Assembly (NCBI GenBank): GCA_043228905.1
Contig: JBHGNT010000013.1
Coordinates: forward strand, 10,292,001-10,356,000
Source: Azolla caroliniana
Lineage: Eukaryota; Plantae; Polypodiophyta
Direction: 5' to 3'
Length of the DNA: 64,000 bases
The translations under genes and the position numbers were made by a program. Numbering within the stretch: the stretch's first letter is position 1; each line of letters starts with the position of its first letter. Of the stretch, positions 13,381-25,740 are shown in pieces. The notes under the pieces are model-generated. The model had not been told where the DNA came from. It was given only the letters and a program-made list of their open reading frames with translations, and made no database searches.

Positions 13381-13509
13381 TTCTTCTCGAACGTCGGCAT
13401 AGAACACAACACAGGCGGATGGGCTAGATCAAGCTACCAACCTCGCTCTGATATTATGTAAAGAATTGATGGTGATTCTTGTGCAGCGGATTAGGCTAGA
13501 GATGTGTGT

Positions 13510-13596
<87 letters not shown>

Positions 13597-13600
<4 letters not shown>

Positions 13601-16600
13601 ATTATCTTCTTCGGAGGTCAAATATGACCTATGAGACCAAAAATATTACAATTCACGTGATACGTGTGAAGGTGAGTAGCGACTCTCGATGTTCAAGAAC
13701 TTTACCAATGAATGTTGCAATCGAGAGTGCACATCATGGTTGTGAGAGAAATTCGTGCAAGGATTGGGATCGATTGAATAGATATGGAAAGCATGGTCGA
13801 ATATGATCAAAGGCAGAGCATTGTATCAAAGTGTGATACTCAGACTCTCGAACTTGTTTAGGGCAAAGTGTGCATAGTCGGCCACTCTCATCACTTGTGC
13901 CCCAACGCCCTATCTCACATCTCAATGCATGCGAGCTAAGTCGCATGGAAGCAATGGTTCGAATGGCAGATATCGGGATGGGTTCTAACATGTATCGATG
14001 TGTATAGCTTCCCCGTTCTGCAAAGAATATGGTTTTGTAGTTAGGTGCAACATTTGTAGTATAATGTGTGAAGCGTGAGCCACCACATTTGTCCCATGTC
14101 ATGATACATTGGCATTGCAAAAATGCCTCATTTACAAAGGAATCTAGTGACGCATCATGAAGCAAGTGTCTTGCATCCCATCTACCAAACCATTTTTCTA
14201 AATCTTGCATTTGTCAGAACCAAGAATAAAAGATAGAGTGATGGAAGAAGGATATTAGAGAACACGAGAAGAAAGGAACCAAATACTAAGAGAAGAATGG
14301 ATGTATAAGATAGAGAAAGAAAGAGAATGGATACAAGATATATAATGAGAGCTAAAGACTTGTGTTGATTCAAATTGATTTGAGAATACATGTATGCCCT
14401 TATTTATAAGTTCCTATAGAATAGCTTAGAGATTTCTAGAATGTTCTAGAATGTTCTAGACCTAGAATGCTCTAGGACATTCTAGAACATTCTAGAATAA
14501 TCTAGAGTTTTTACAATAATCAATGTAATACAAGAAGTAGCTTTTATTGTTTCATATAACAATAAGCTATCGTAATGGTTGAGGTTTTCAAGTATGGATT
14601 ACAAGGTTCGAGGTTCAAGTCCGGGTGACGCCATAATGGTCATGTGTTCATGACACTATCCCTCCTTTGAGAACGCCGAGTGGAAGTCGGCGTTAACATT
14701 GTTGGGCTGGGCTTGTTTGGATAGTGACTATGGAAGTCGTTGACCAGAGCTACAACATTACAAACATTATCGATGGGTTCCCAAGTGCGATCACTCGGTG
14801 GATAACCAAGCCAATCAACTAGATAATAAAGCTTATTGCGCACAATCTTAGAATCGAGAATAGTAGCTACCTCTTATTCGGGGCCGTCCACAAGTTGTAC
14901 AGAAGGCGGTGGTGGCACGACACGATTAGGAATTAAAGAGGTGCGGCAAGGTTCCAAAAGAGAGCTATGAAAGACAGGGTGAAGCCGCATATGTGCAGGA
15001 AGGTTAAGACGAAATGTTGCATCATTAATCATCATTAATCTGCGCCGTGATGACAAAAGGACCTAAGCGTTGATAGTCAAGCTTAGCACACGGTCGGGTA
15101 GTCTTGATGTGACGACGAAGCAACCATACACGGTCACCAACCTTAAACGGAGACTTAAGACGATGTCGATCGGCATTGGTCTTATGGTGTGCTTGCGCTT
15201 TCTGAAGATGTGACGATAACTCGAACTGGATTTGTTGTATTCGGTGGAGGTGATGCGCCGCACTAGGGTTTCGTGACACTTCAGGAAGATCCAGTATACA
15301 CCATCGAGGGTGGTTGCCGGTGTAGGCAAAGAAAGGTGTAACTTTGGTAGAAGAGTGGAACGTGTTGTTGTATGCAAACTCGGCAAGATGTAAAATATTA
15401 CTCCAATCATCTTGTTGATAACTAATGAAACATCAAAGATATTGCTCGAGCGTTTGATTTGTGCGCTCTGTTTGTCCGTCAGTTTGTGGATGATAAGCCG
15501 AAGAGAGTTTGCAAGAGATTTTGAGGCCTGCCCATAGGTGCTTCTAAAAGTGTGAGATAAATTGAGGACCTCGATCGCTAATAATATCATTCGAGAGACC
15601 ATGATGGCGAAACACTTCACGCATAATGAAATCTGCAGTTTCTTCACTATTGATGGTCTTTACACATGGTACAAAATGTGCCATCTTGGTGAACCGATCC
15701 ACTACTGTTAAAATAGTATCAAAGCCTTCGGAAGGTGGCAGTCTATTTCCATGGATTTCATTACGGATCAGCTTTAGCTCTCATTATATATCTTGTATCC
15801 ATTCTCTTTCTTTCTCTATCTTATACATCCATTCTTCTCTTATTATTTGGTTCCTTTCTTCTCATGCTCTCTAATATCCTTCTTCCATCACTCTATCTTT
15901 TATCCTTGGTTCTAACAGTTTGATTCGAATTGATTTGAGAATACATGTATGCCCTTATTTATAGGTTCCTATAGAATAGCTTAGAGATTTCTAGAATGTT
16001 CTAGAATGTTCTAGACCTAGAATGCTCTAGGACATTCTAGAACATTCTATAATAATCTAGAGTTTTTACAATAATCAATGTAATACAAGAAGTAGCTTTT
16101 ATTGTTTTATATAACAATAAGCTATCTTAATGGTTGAGGTTTTCAAGTATGGATTACAAGGTTCGAGGTTCAAGTCCAAGTGATGCCATAATGGTCATGT
16201 GTTCATGACAGCATCCAATCGAAACACAAAATTTTGCTTTTATGCGTCTTTTGGATCTTTTTGCTTGCTTCCCATGCAATTCTAAGAAGTTGATGTGAGG
16301 GGCTTTTTTGAACCTTAAGCATGTATTCAACAACCCTCTCCATGGTCATGATCTAAATGGGAAATGATCCCGTCTCAAGGAGGAGGAGGGTGTAGGGTGT
16401 TTGCTTCTTAACTTGTAGAAACTTTGTAAGAAAATGTTTTTGGACATTTTCAAACTCTTTCCACGTAGATTTAGGGATGCTACCGCCCCATACTTCCATC
16501 CCATAGAGAAGAACCGGGGTCACCAAAGTGTCAAAAAGATATTTCTTGAGGACCCAACACTTAATATCTCCAAGATTGCATGTGTTCTCAAATGCATAAT

Positions 16601-17367
16601 ATGCTCACTTACCTGCCTCTAAGCGGCATGTAGCACATTCATTCCATTTATGATTTGAAGGAACTTTAAGGCCAAGATATTTGAAGCTTTCCACACATTC
16701 AAGTGGCTCATTGTTGTACATAATGCATGGTTTATCTCTTTTTTGACTCTTCACAAGCATAATCTTTGTTTTAGAGCTATTGACACTTAATCTAGTATGC
16801 ATGCAAAAAATTTCCAATGCCTTCATAAGCTTTTGTGCATCTCCTGAAGTATTTGCAAAAAGCACTACATCATCCGCATATAACAAAAGCATAATCACAA
16901 CATTCCCAATGGCAACTTCTTCAACACATTCTTCCTTTATAAACTTGGTAACCATTTCTTCTAATTCATCAATGCATAGACCAAATAACGTTGGTGAGAG
17001 TGGGCATCCTTGCTTAACACCAATAGTGCTATTGAAAAAATCTGAAAGTCTATCTCTCATACGCACACAACATATAACCTTCTCATATATTTGGGAAATT
17101 GCAAGCATATATACACTTGGCACCTCAAGTTCTTCCATCCGCCTCCAAGGATGCTCACGAGGTACCATATCAAAAGCTTTCTTGAAGTCTACAAAGCAAC
17201 AATATAAACTTGTACCTCTAAGACGACTTTCCTCCATTAATACTTGAAGAGTGAGAAGATGATCAATGGTGCTATGGTGTTTTCGAAAACCAGCTTGTCC
17301 ATAAACTCTCTTACCATTTTTTTCTGCCCATACACTTATCTTTGATTCCATTTTTTTCTGCCCATAC
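13597..17367 (-). mobile_element. 5'-truncated RTE-clade LINE flanked by (GA)n
   Basis: QAGFRKHHSTIDH, FVDFKKAFD, GVKQGCPLSPTLF, LLYADD, FKYLG. C-terminal RLSSHALRCEIGRW...CTLC...EYHTLIQC. Confidence 0.88.
14212..16210 (-). mobile_element. Internally deleted and rearranged chromovirus (integrase C-half plus chromodomain, two LTRs) inserted in the RTE
   Basis: 3' LTR 14212-14655 with PPT GGAGGGATAG. Chromodomain YYLVDWLGYPPSDRTWEP and GPF motif. TSD GCATT/GCATC. The host frame rejoins as WMQDLEKWF. Confidence 0.9.
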
Positions 17368-17377
17368 TCCAAGAGTG

Positions 17378-17421
<44 letters not shown>

Positions 17422-18825
17422 GAGAGAAACACAAGATAGATAGAAAAATACTCAAGAAGATTGTATATTACAAAGGAGATTAACCGACATATTACAAAGT
17501 AGGAGAATAGTGCTTTATATAGTCACTCTCTCTCTTCATTAATCATTGAAGCTCATGAGTCATGGGGAATGTGGAAACTCATTAGTTATGTGTAATAGAA
17601 TATGATTCTATGATACATAGTTAATGTGTAAAGGGTAGTGGTGTGACTTTTGATCTTTGAGTGTTCATACACACTCAAGGGTGTGTTCACACACTAGGCT
17701 AGGTTGAGCTTGATTCTCAACAAAGATCAATTAATTACTTGATGTTATGAAAGAGTAATTACGAGCACTGCTCAACTAATAGTAGTTGGAATACTAAGGT
17801 TTATGTATAGGTTCTCTCTTTCAATTACATTCTTCCCTAGTCCTTATATAGAGGTACACAATGTTTTCATGCCATACTATGTTGTCCATTGTCTCACTCT
17901 ACTATGTTAAAGGCATGTCACCCGCTTTATCGTAATCATGCCTTATGACCATAAAGTGGTCAAATACAACCCATGTTCTTGATTGCTAGTATATTATACA
18001 ACTTGTATTTAATAGTTGTAAACCTAATTTATTGCATTGGTATTCAGACCTTGGCCCCTTTATAATTATGGGTGACCAAGTCACATTGTGCATTTACAAC
18101 ATTCGCTAGATTGTCGACGTTATCCTTGGCGAAGCCATGATTAAGCTTTGATCTAACATCCATAATGTTTTTCATGTACACAACATTGATCCCCCCCCCC
18201 CATCCAATTACATTCACTTGCAATGGTGAACTATGCTTACACCATGTGATAAAGGAAACAATACCACCTTATGACCTTGGCGTGGGGTATAACTTTGGCC
18301 AAGATTAAGATATATGCTTGGTGTTACATAGCTTGTTGCAACACAAATAGTTTGGTTCAAACTTCTATGCGAATGTTCTATGAATATATTCTCCCTCTAC
18401 GATCAAGTGTTGATTTAAACTTGGTATAAGGTTTGTTGATTATTGTTTATTATACTTAGCTAAATAATTGATTAGTTATTTATCATTGCATAATCATGCC
18501 CCATCTTTCTTACTACATTAGCTTTGATAAACCTTGTGTTTTGTACTTTCTCTAATCCACTTACCTTAGTGGATATATTTGATTCTCGGTAGAACAACCT
18601 ATAATTCTTCATAACATACACATACAACATAAATAAACATGATGTAAATACACATGTGCATGCACAAAACATACTTGCATTTGTTAAGCACTTGCTTGAT
18701 AGCTCATAAGAAAAATTAAGAGTTGGAAGTACACAAACTCCTCGCACACTTCAAGTAAAACCTAGATAAGGTTAGATTATACAAATGGATATAAAAGTAA
18801 TATATGAACCTTTCTAGCTTCTCAA

Positions 18826-19580
18826 TGTCAAGGAATGGATTGTAGATTTACGAGAAAGATAGAATTGAATGATGTATAGAACAAAAAACAACAAAACACA
18901 GAGAATACACGATACACAATATTTACATGGAATCCTTAAAACAAGGGGAAAACCATGAGCAACAGATCTACACTATACAGTATAGATACAAGAGGGAAAA
19001 CATATTACAAGGACTCTGTAGCATCAGAGTATTAACCACTTAGGGTTTTGCAAGAGTGTCACTCACACTCTCGTTCTCTCGCGTCTGTTCCTATTCTATG
19101 TTGCACTCGCTCTGCTCTACACTCTATTCCACTTTTGCGTCAACAACCACACAAGAGTTTGCCTTAGCTCCACATATTTATAGGAGGAATAAGTTATTAT
19201 TTTTATTATTCAATAATAACATTTAATCGGCCGACTGGTCGACTCGACTGTCAGACCCACAAGTTGACAGTCTAGTTGATTGGACTAGGCAACTCCTATG
19301 TCAACTATCTAGTCGGTCCAACTCGTAGGCCTTGTCATCAACCATCCGGTCGGCTTGACTAGTCAACCTTGTCGTCGATCATCTGGTCGACCTATTCCTC
19401 ACTTGGTTCATCCAACCAATATAGTTGACTACCACAATTGACTCTCCATCGTCTTTAGTCCGTTGACTCACTAATCAATCTAATTGACTATTCTGTTGAC
19501 CCAACCAGTTGGCTCCAATTCGATCGCCGATTCTCCCAATGGATAACCGACATCTCCCATTGGGGGACATTATCCTGACA
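18826..19580. mobile_element. Solo LTR (755 bp) about 1 kb upstream of the AGC kinase
   Basis: TGTCAAGG...CCTGACA ends and TSD CTCAA/CTCCA. It shares the TGGAA...GGGAAAAACCA motif and terminal region with 1841-2432. Confidence 0.75.
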
Positions 19581-19666
19581 CTCCAAGGTGCATAGTTGTA
19601 AAAGATCTATAAGGCCATTCATCATTCTCTCCTTTAGAGCTAAAGGTTACGCATCTCAATTGCTAC

Positions 19667-19896
19667 ATTGATTAGTAAAGTTATTTGATATTGAGACTAG
19701 CTCTCTCTCTCTCTGTCTCTCTGTCTCTCTCTGTCTATCGTCTCTCTATCGTAATTAGCTTACCCTAGTGGTAAGTTGTTACACTACAAGCATTGATTAA
19801 TAAAGTTATTTGATATTGAGACTAGATCTCACTTGCTCTTTCTTTGCTTTTAATGTAACTAGATTACTCTAATGGTAAGTTGTTATACTACAAGCA
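19667..19896. repeat. About 125-bp tandem duplication
   Basis: ATTGATTA.TAAAGTTATTTGATATTGAGACTAG...GGTAAGTTGTTA.ACTACAAGCA occurs twice. Confidence 0.8.
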
Positions 19897-20609
19897 CAAC
19901 ACATTGGGTTCAAAACACAACTGTCTCACCTCTAAGGTATTGCTTCATAAATACCTTTTAATTCACTAGATGCCATTATGGAATGTAAGGGTTGAACACA
20001 TGACCTCCTGGTCTCCTTTTATAAAACTTTACTAAGTACGAACCGTAACCCAAGTAAACCATAAAAAGAATTTTCTCTAATGCTAGTTGAAAAGCTCATG
20101 GAGAATTTTTGGTCTTTGCGTGTCTCCTCGAACAATGTTTTGTTTAGTATCAACAAAAGGGAAACACAAGGAAGTATCAACGGTGTCGTATCCCCGCTTT
20201 ACTATTCTGGTGCGTAGTAGTAATAGTACAATAGTAGTTTACCATGGAAACGATGGAGTCTCCACATCAACTTGTCCGCCTTATAATTCACGCAGGCAGA
20301 GCCCAATGGAAATTGATGAGACCAGCGAAACATCATTATCGTGGATTTCTCGAATGTTTCCACGTGTATGTGTTTTGTCCGGACAGGTGTGAAACAGCCT
20401 GCTCCATAAGGGGAACCGTTTGCAACTGTCATGGAATGGAGCTTTCTTTCCTTCTGGCGATGGCGGATGCTGTGGACGACGACAGGATTTGGATTTTGAG
20501 GAGAAGGAAGAAGACGACGCAAATAAGGAATGCATGGACGTAGACAGACAGCTATTTACAGAGAGATTCACACAGAGATTCACACAGAGAGATTCACAGA
20601 GATTGAAAA

Positions 20610-23182
20610 ATGGATCCTTTAGAGCATCTAAGTCCTCAGGATTTCGTACCCATCAAAGCACTGGGGCACGGCGACATAGGGTCTGTGTTCCTCGTGGAGC
20701 TGGGGAAGAACAACAAGAGGTACGCGATGAAGGTGATCCATAAGGAAGTTCTGAGACGCAAGGGTGAGAAACGGGCTGTCACCGAGAAGAAGGTGCTCTT
20801 GTCCGTTTCGCACCCATTGCTACCCACACTCCACGCCCATTTCCAGTCAGAGAATCATGTGTTCTTCCTCATGGATTTCTGCAGTGGCGGTGACCTCAAT
20901 GTACTCAGACAGAAGCAACCCTCGAAAATGTTCTCAGGATCTGCCACCAGGTAGATTGGGTGGGTGGGTGGTTTCTTGCACATTAACTCAATATTTGTGT
21001 TTTTGCCTTTCAAATTAATGAGAGAAATAGACTCGATTATGGACGTCCAAAGGAGACCGATTGCAATCTATGAGAGATGACTATGATGATATATGAGAGA
21101 TGTTCCATATACGAGACTGCCACATCAATACGACAATCATACAGAATATCATAAAAAGTATCATGTAATGCACCCTCACATAGGATTGCAGTAGTCTCTA
21201 TCTCACCTGAGTTTAGTTTCTTTAAGAGAGGGAAACAATATGGAATTTATTATTTCGTCTACATGAGTATTAGTCCATGAGATTGATCATACAACACCTC
21301 CATTATAAAAAGGACAATCTATTGCATCCTCCAATATGATCAAATTAGAATTAATTTGATTGACATCTAGAATTTCTGCTATAGAAGGAGATGTTATTCT
21401 TGGTGTCATATGTCTCGTACTATTTTCCTCACAATATATTTGTGGAATGATAGGATTCCATTGTGAGTCGAATTTCATTGAATGACTAAATTGGGTTCTC
21501 TTTAACTATCCAGGATACAAGTTTATCACAATTTGTACAATTAGGCGAAGATATTATGTGTATCCTTATAGTTATTTGGTTTACTTGGAGGCAGCTATAT
21601 CTTCTTGAATATGTATGTGTCATCTGTTGGTTTTGAAGCATTCCTAGATGCTTCAGGAGGTTTCAATGGGAATGGGGAATAAAAGTTTTTGAGAGGATGT
21701 AGCATAGCATTATTCCTGCTTTCATTTTTCAATCAGAAAACAGATCAATAAATTTGTTTCGAGCAAAATAGTTAAATGAAAGGAGAGCTAAACTTGCACT
21801 GTAAAATGCGAGGGAGTTGGTCACGAGTATCCCCAAACGATGGGTCTCTTGTACATTCTTTTGTTCTTTGTGAATGTGTTTCTTTTTATATTTTTTCTTA
21901 GTGTGCCTGAAATTTCCTTGATTTTGCTCATGACCTGAGTCTTGGGCATGTTTTTGTCATTATAGATGTTTCAATTGTTTTAAAAAACTTTAACAGTGTG
22001 CAATGCTTTGTAACTAAGCTACTTCTTATTGGAAAGAGTTTGCATTGCCTATAGAGTATGAATCTTAAAAGTTGTTCACATTATTCTTGCAGGTTCTATG
22101 CTGCAGAAGTTGTGATAGCATTAGAATACCTTCATAGCCAGGGAATCATCTATAGGGATTTGAAACCTGAAAATATATTGATTCAAAGCAATGGACATAT
22201 CATGCTATCTGACTTTGATCTTTCACTGATTGTGGAAAAGAAAGACATCACTGTGCCGCCACAGAAGCACAAGCGATCGTTTGCAGCCATTTTTTCATGT
22301 TTTGCTCCGATTTCTCAGGCAATACAGGATATACAAGAAGAACAACAAGAAGAGAACTATCGAAATGGTCAAACAATGGATTCTGTTTTACGTCAGCAGG
22401 TTGAAAAGGCTGAAAAAAGTTCTTTACCATTTTATAAATGGTCTAGAAAGGCAGCAAAGGCCGAAGAAGATGAGGGTTGTAGCTCTCTTTGCCACTCCTA
22501 TTCTTTTGTTGGCACGGAAGAATATGTTGCCCCGGAGGTGTTGTGGGGAAAAGGGCATGGATTTTCAGTGGATTGGTGGACATTAGGTATCTTGATTTAT
22601 GAGATGGTCTATGGCAAGACACCTTTCAAAGGTCCCAATAGAAAAGAGACATTTTATAACATTTTGTGCAAAGAACCTGAGTTTAATTCTCCGTCTCCCA
22701 TGAATGATTTGATAAGGAAACTGCTTGTGAAAGATCCAAGGTTAAGGCTGGGTTCTTTTCATGGGGCGAAGGAGATTAAAAACCATCCATATTTCAAAGG
22801 AACTTCATGGAAGCACATGCAGCGGGTTGCTACTAGACCACCTTTTGTCCCTCCTGTGGACATAGATGTAGATGAACTGCTTGTTAATGATGAACACTCG
22901 CCATCTTCTAGGGGCAATCAGTTACTTTTTAATGTCAATGAAACTGCCACAAAGGGTAAGTGCAAAAAGGCTTGTACTTCGAGGAGTGATGGAAAGGAGA
23001 ACTTTCGCAACATAACCAACTCTTTAAATCATAATATCAACACACAATCAGAGAATACCAAACCATGTATGCCTCTACAAAAAGGAAACAATGGTTGTGG
23101 CAAGGAACAAATTGCAAACTTCCAGCAGAAGGATAGAATGTTCCAAAAGAAAGAGTCACAGACAAGGACAGAAACCCAATAG
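20610..23182 (+). CDS. AGCVIII Ser/Thr kinase, AGC2 (OXI1/UNICORN)-like; exons 20610-20950 and 22093-23182, 476 aa
   Basis: GHGDIGSV, YAMKV, YRDLKPEN, DFDLS with a VII-VIII insertion, SFVGTEEYVAPE, VDWW. A GT-AG intron joins ATR/FYAAEV in frame. Confidence 0.93.
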
Positions 23183-24299
23183 CTTATTTAGAATGAGAAT
23201 ACTACTTGCTTCTCAAGCTGTTTGTAGTCCTTTTTGGTCACCATAGTATAATGTGTTTATTCAAGTTTTACCATAATCTTCCGGCTTCAATAAACTCTTT
23301 TAGACTTGTATAATGTATTGTCAGATAATACAGCAAGAGTCATGGAACATTTTTGTATGTTATAACCATCATGGAAGATTTCGTATAATTTTGTTTCACT
23401 TGTTCAAGCTACATCATGTGTTGTCATGCATTTGGTGTACCATGAAGAAATGCCTCGAAATAAATATATTTGTAGATTTCTCTTGAAATATAATGAGGGA
23501 GTTTTGCATCATCATAGATATTGAGTACATTGATGATTCTGATCATGACCTTGTTGAATTGAAATCTTGCCTTTGGAAGCGGTTTTTGTACGATTTTTTG
23601 TTTGTTGCGCACTGAAATTCTTGGTGACAGTCCATCTTAATTATTGATCAGTAATCAAATGAAAAGGAGGAACAAGCATAGTAGTTTTGGACCAAAAACA
23701 AGCTCTGAATGGCTAGAAACCATTAGAAACGGTTGTAAAGATGCATGGCTTTCTACCACTTTCTTGACTGGAAAATTCATGATCGCACGATGTCAAGTAG
23801 TAACACAAATGTTCCCCATCAAGTATCAGAGAGGGCAGGGAAAGTCTACATGTTTACAGCTATTACAGCAGGTTTTGGGTCTTTGCTTACGTAGAGAGAT
23901 CTTTAGATGCTATATTAAGTAAGTGCATGTCCCATGGTAGAGAAATGTGACATGAAATCGTCCATGAAGGCCTTCATGGAGTAACTTAGGCACTCATAAA
24001 AACATGCATATCCTAAACACCATCCACTGGAATAATGTTGCCAAGTGCATCCCAGAAGCAGCAAATCATCAAAGTTACCATTAACACTCCATTTTGTTAT
24101 AAACGTGGTTCCGTATTTGATCCTATGCAGGTATTTTCATTTGGTCAGAAATGGAGTGACAATCATGGCCATGATAAGTTTCTGGTAATTCTCCCAGACC
24201 CACTATTCCAGGTGAAATGCAGGTGGGCTGTGTACAAATACGTGATTTGCCATGTATGGTTGAGCTAGCTCTTCTGTGTGTGTCCCACAGCAGAAGGAG

Positions 24300-24427
24300 A
24301 AAAAATTGGGTTAAGATCCTACCCCCGGAGGGGTAAGGATAGCCTTAACGTGTTGAATTGGAAAGCCCGAAGGCTTTTCCCGTCCTTATCGAGGGAGATG
24401 CTAACCTGCTCTCCTTCCATCGAACAC
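24300..24427 (-). ncRNA. U6atac: U6atac minor-spliceosome snRNA
   Basis: Minus strand GTGTTCGATGGAAGGAGAGCAGGTTAGCATCTCC...GACGGG...GCCTTCGGGC...GTTAAGGCT...GGATCTTAACCCAATTTTTT. It has the AAGGAGA box, AGC triad, ISL, UUCG stem, 3' stem and T6 terminator, matching plant and human U6atac as I recall them. Confidence 0.93.
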
Positions 24428-24450
24428 AAATAAATTGCTTCAATCATTTG

Positions 24451-24494
24451 TTATATATGTATCAAAAAAAGATAGCTTCCTTTGTATGTGGGAT
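24451..24494 (-). promoter_or_regulatory. Plant Pol III snRNA promoter: USE (ATCCCACATAC, 24484-24494) and TATA (TATATAA, 24451-24457)
   Basis: The USE matches RTCCCACATCG at 9/11. TATA is at about -30. The USE-TATA gap of about 26 bp is the short, Pol III-type spacing. Confidence 0.85.
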
Positions 24495-25740
24495 ATTTAA
24501 GACTTTGCTTGAATTCTCACAGCCTTTGGCAACTTAAAACTTGTCGCATGTCCCTTCTTTTTTTTGTCTACCAATTGTAGCAAAGCGCACCCACCCATTT
24601 TGGTCGTAATTAGCACTCTCCTCATACTACCACCATCATCAATGTTGGAATCCATTTGTCCCGCAATACCAAACCAATGTCCAACCCCGTGCTCCTCTAA
24701 ATTTCACTCACCCTAAGAAATCCCATGTCACCACCACATCGATCGTAAGATACGGAGGTATCTGAAAACGAAGAAGAATCTGTCTTTCATGAGGAGATAA
24801 GAGTGGTATACATGAAATCGTTGAAACCCCAAAAGTGACCATGTCATATGTGAAGTCATTATTATTGTGGAAGGTATATATAGTAGAGATAAAAAAACAT
24901 CACTATAATAGGAACAATATAGCTCTTATCAAATATAACCTTCCATATGAATTATTCGAAAACATTATAGGGCATCCATATCGCCAAAATGGGTAAAGTT
25001 CTAGAGTGATGATATCACCAAAATGGGTCAATTTCTTGGAGCATTCATAATTTGGGGAGAACACTTGGCTATGAGCATGGCACATACAATGCCCCTAAGA
25101 GACGCAAATGCGTTGTTTTCCAAAAACATTGAATGTTACATTGAATGAGTTATAAGCCAATGGCCATTTGTGTTATGCATACTTTGGACCATCCTCAAAA
25201 TTAATTTTTAAATTCTGGCCCATTACTCAAAAATAGGAAAGTGCAAATTGTTATTATTGCTTTTGTGTTGAAGGGTTGTTATTATGAAATCTACTGAAAA
25301 ACAATAGATACATTAGCATTTATGTGTGAATTTCGTGTGAACATATATGATTTCTATGTGACATTTCCTCATGTTTTTGAGTTACACAAAACAAGCGTAC
25401 AATGTCCAACTATGCTTTAGACATGAAGTATACAACTCAAAAGCTTACAATAGTCCCAAATTTCGACAAAACCAAAACTCAGAGTTGGGACGAGTTCAAG
25501 ACAACTCCAAAACTTAGCGAGGGCAAGAGAGAGCTACCACACTCGAGCAAAAATCCTTTTCAGAAACCCCCCTTGTCCCGCAACAATTGCATTCATTAAC
25601 AGTCGCCCTATTGCATCTGGAGATAGTTGAAGAATCTGAGCCAATTCGAGTAATCCTTGGCAGCTTGGTTTATGTGATTTCCATCAATATAATTAGTAGT
25701 CATGAGCGTCCATTTTCCCTTGGTTTACCTTGGTTTGAAC

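Larger units (their letters stand above)
13445..17722 (-). mobile_element. Copia-type LTR (13457-17722) with degenerate tRNA-Met PBS (13445-13456), split by an RTE LINE
   Basis: GCTCTGATATTA is close to the reverse complement of TGGTATCAGAGC. The minus-strand start TGTTGAGAATCAAGCTCAAC matches the other Copia LTR starts in the window. Confidence 0.65.

Noticed and set aside
19980-20040. Minus-strand GGAGGTCATGTGTTCAACCC, a possible tRNA-derived SINE relic
   Set aside because: Only a degenerate B-box, with no convincing A-box, tail or TSD.
20087-20609. Possible frameshifted N-terminal extension of the AGC kinase
   Set aside because: The alternative frame contains a stop at 20390, the repeat block is frame-neutral, and no plausible intron links it to the kinase frame.
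23815-23905. GQGKSTCLQLLQQVLG (SF3 helicase Walker A-like) and, in another frame, ERAGKVYMF (mitovirus RdRp-like)
   Set aside because: The first Gly of GxxxxGKS is missing, no further helicase or RdRp motifs follow, and the frames are short. Likely chance.
23961-23980. Perfect 20-bp palindrome TCCATGAAGGCCTTCATGGA
   Set aside because: Isolated, with no Helitron CTRR end or TIR/TSD context identified.
24300-24427. Hairpin cluster first read as an organellar insert or ribozyme
   Set aside because: There is no hammerhead core, and U6atac with its promoter explains it fully.
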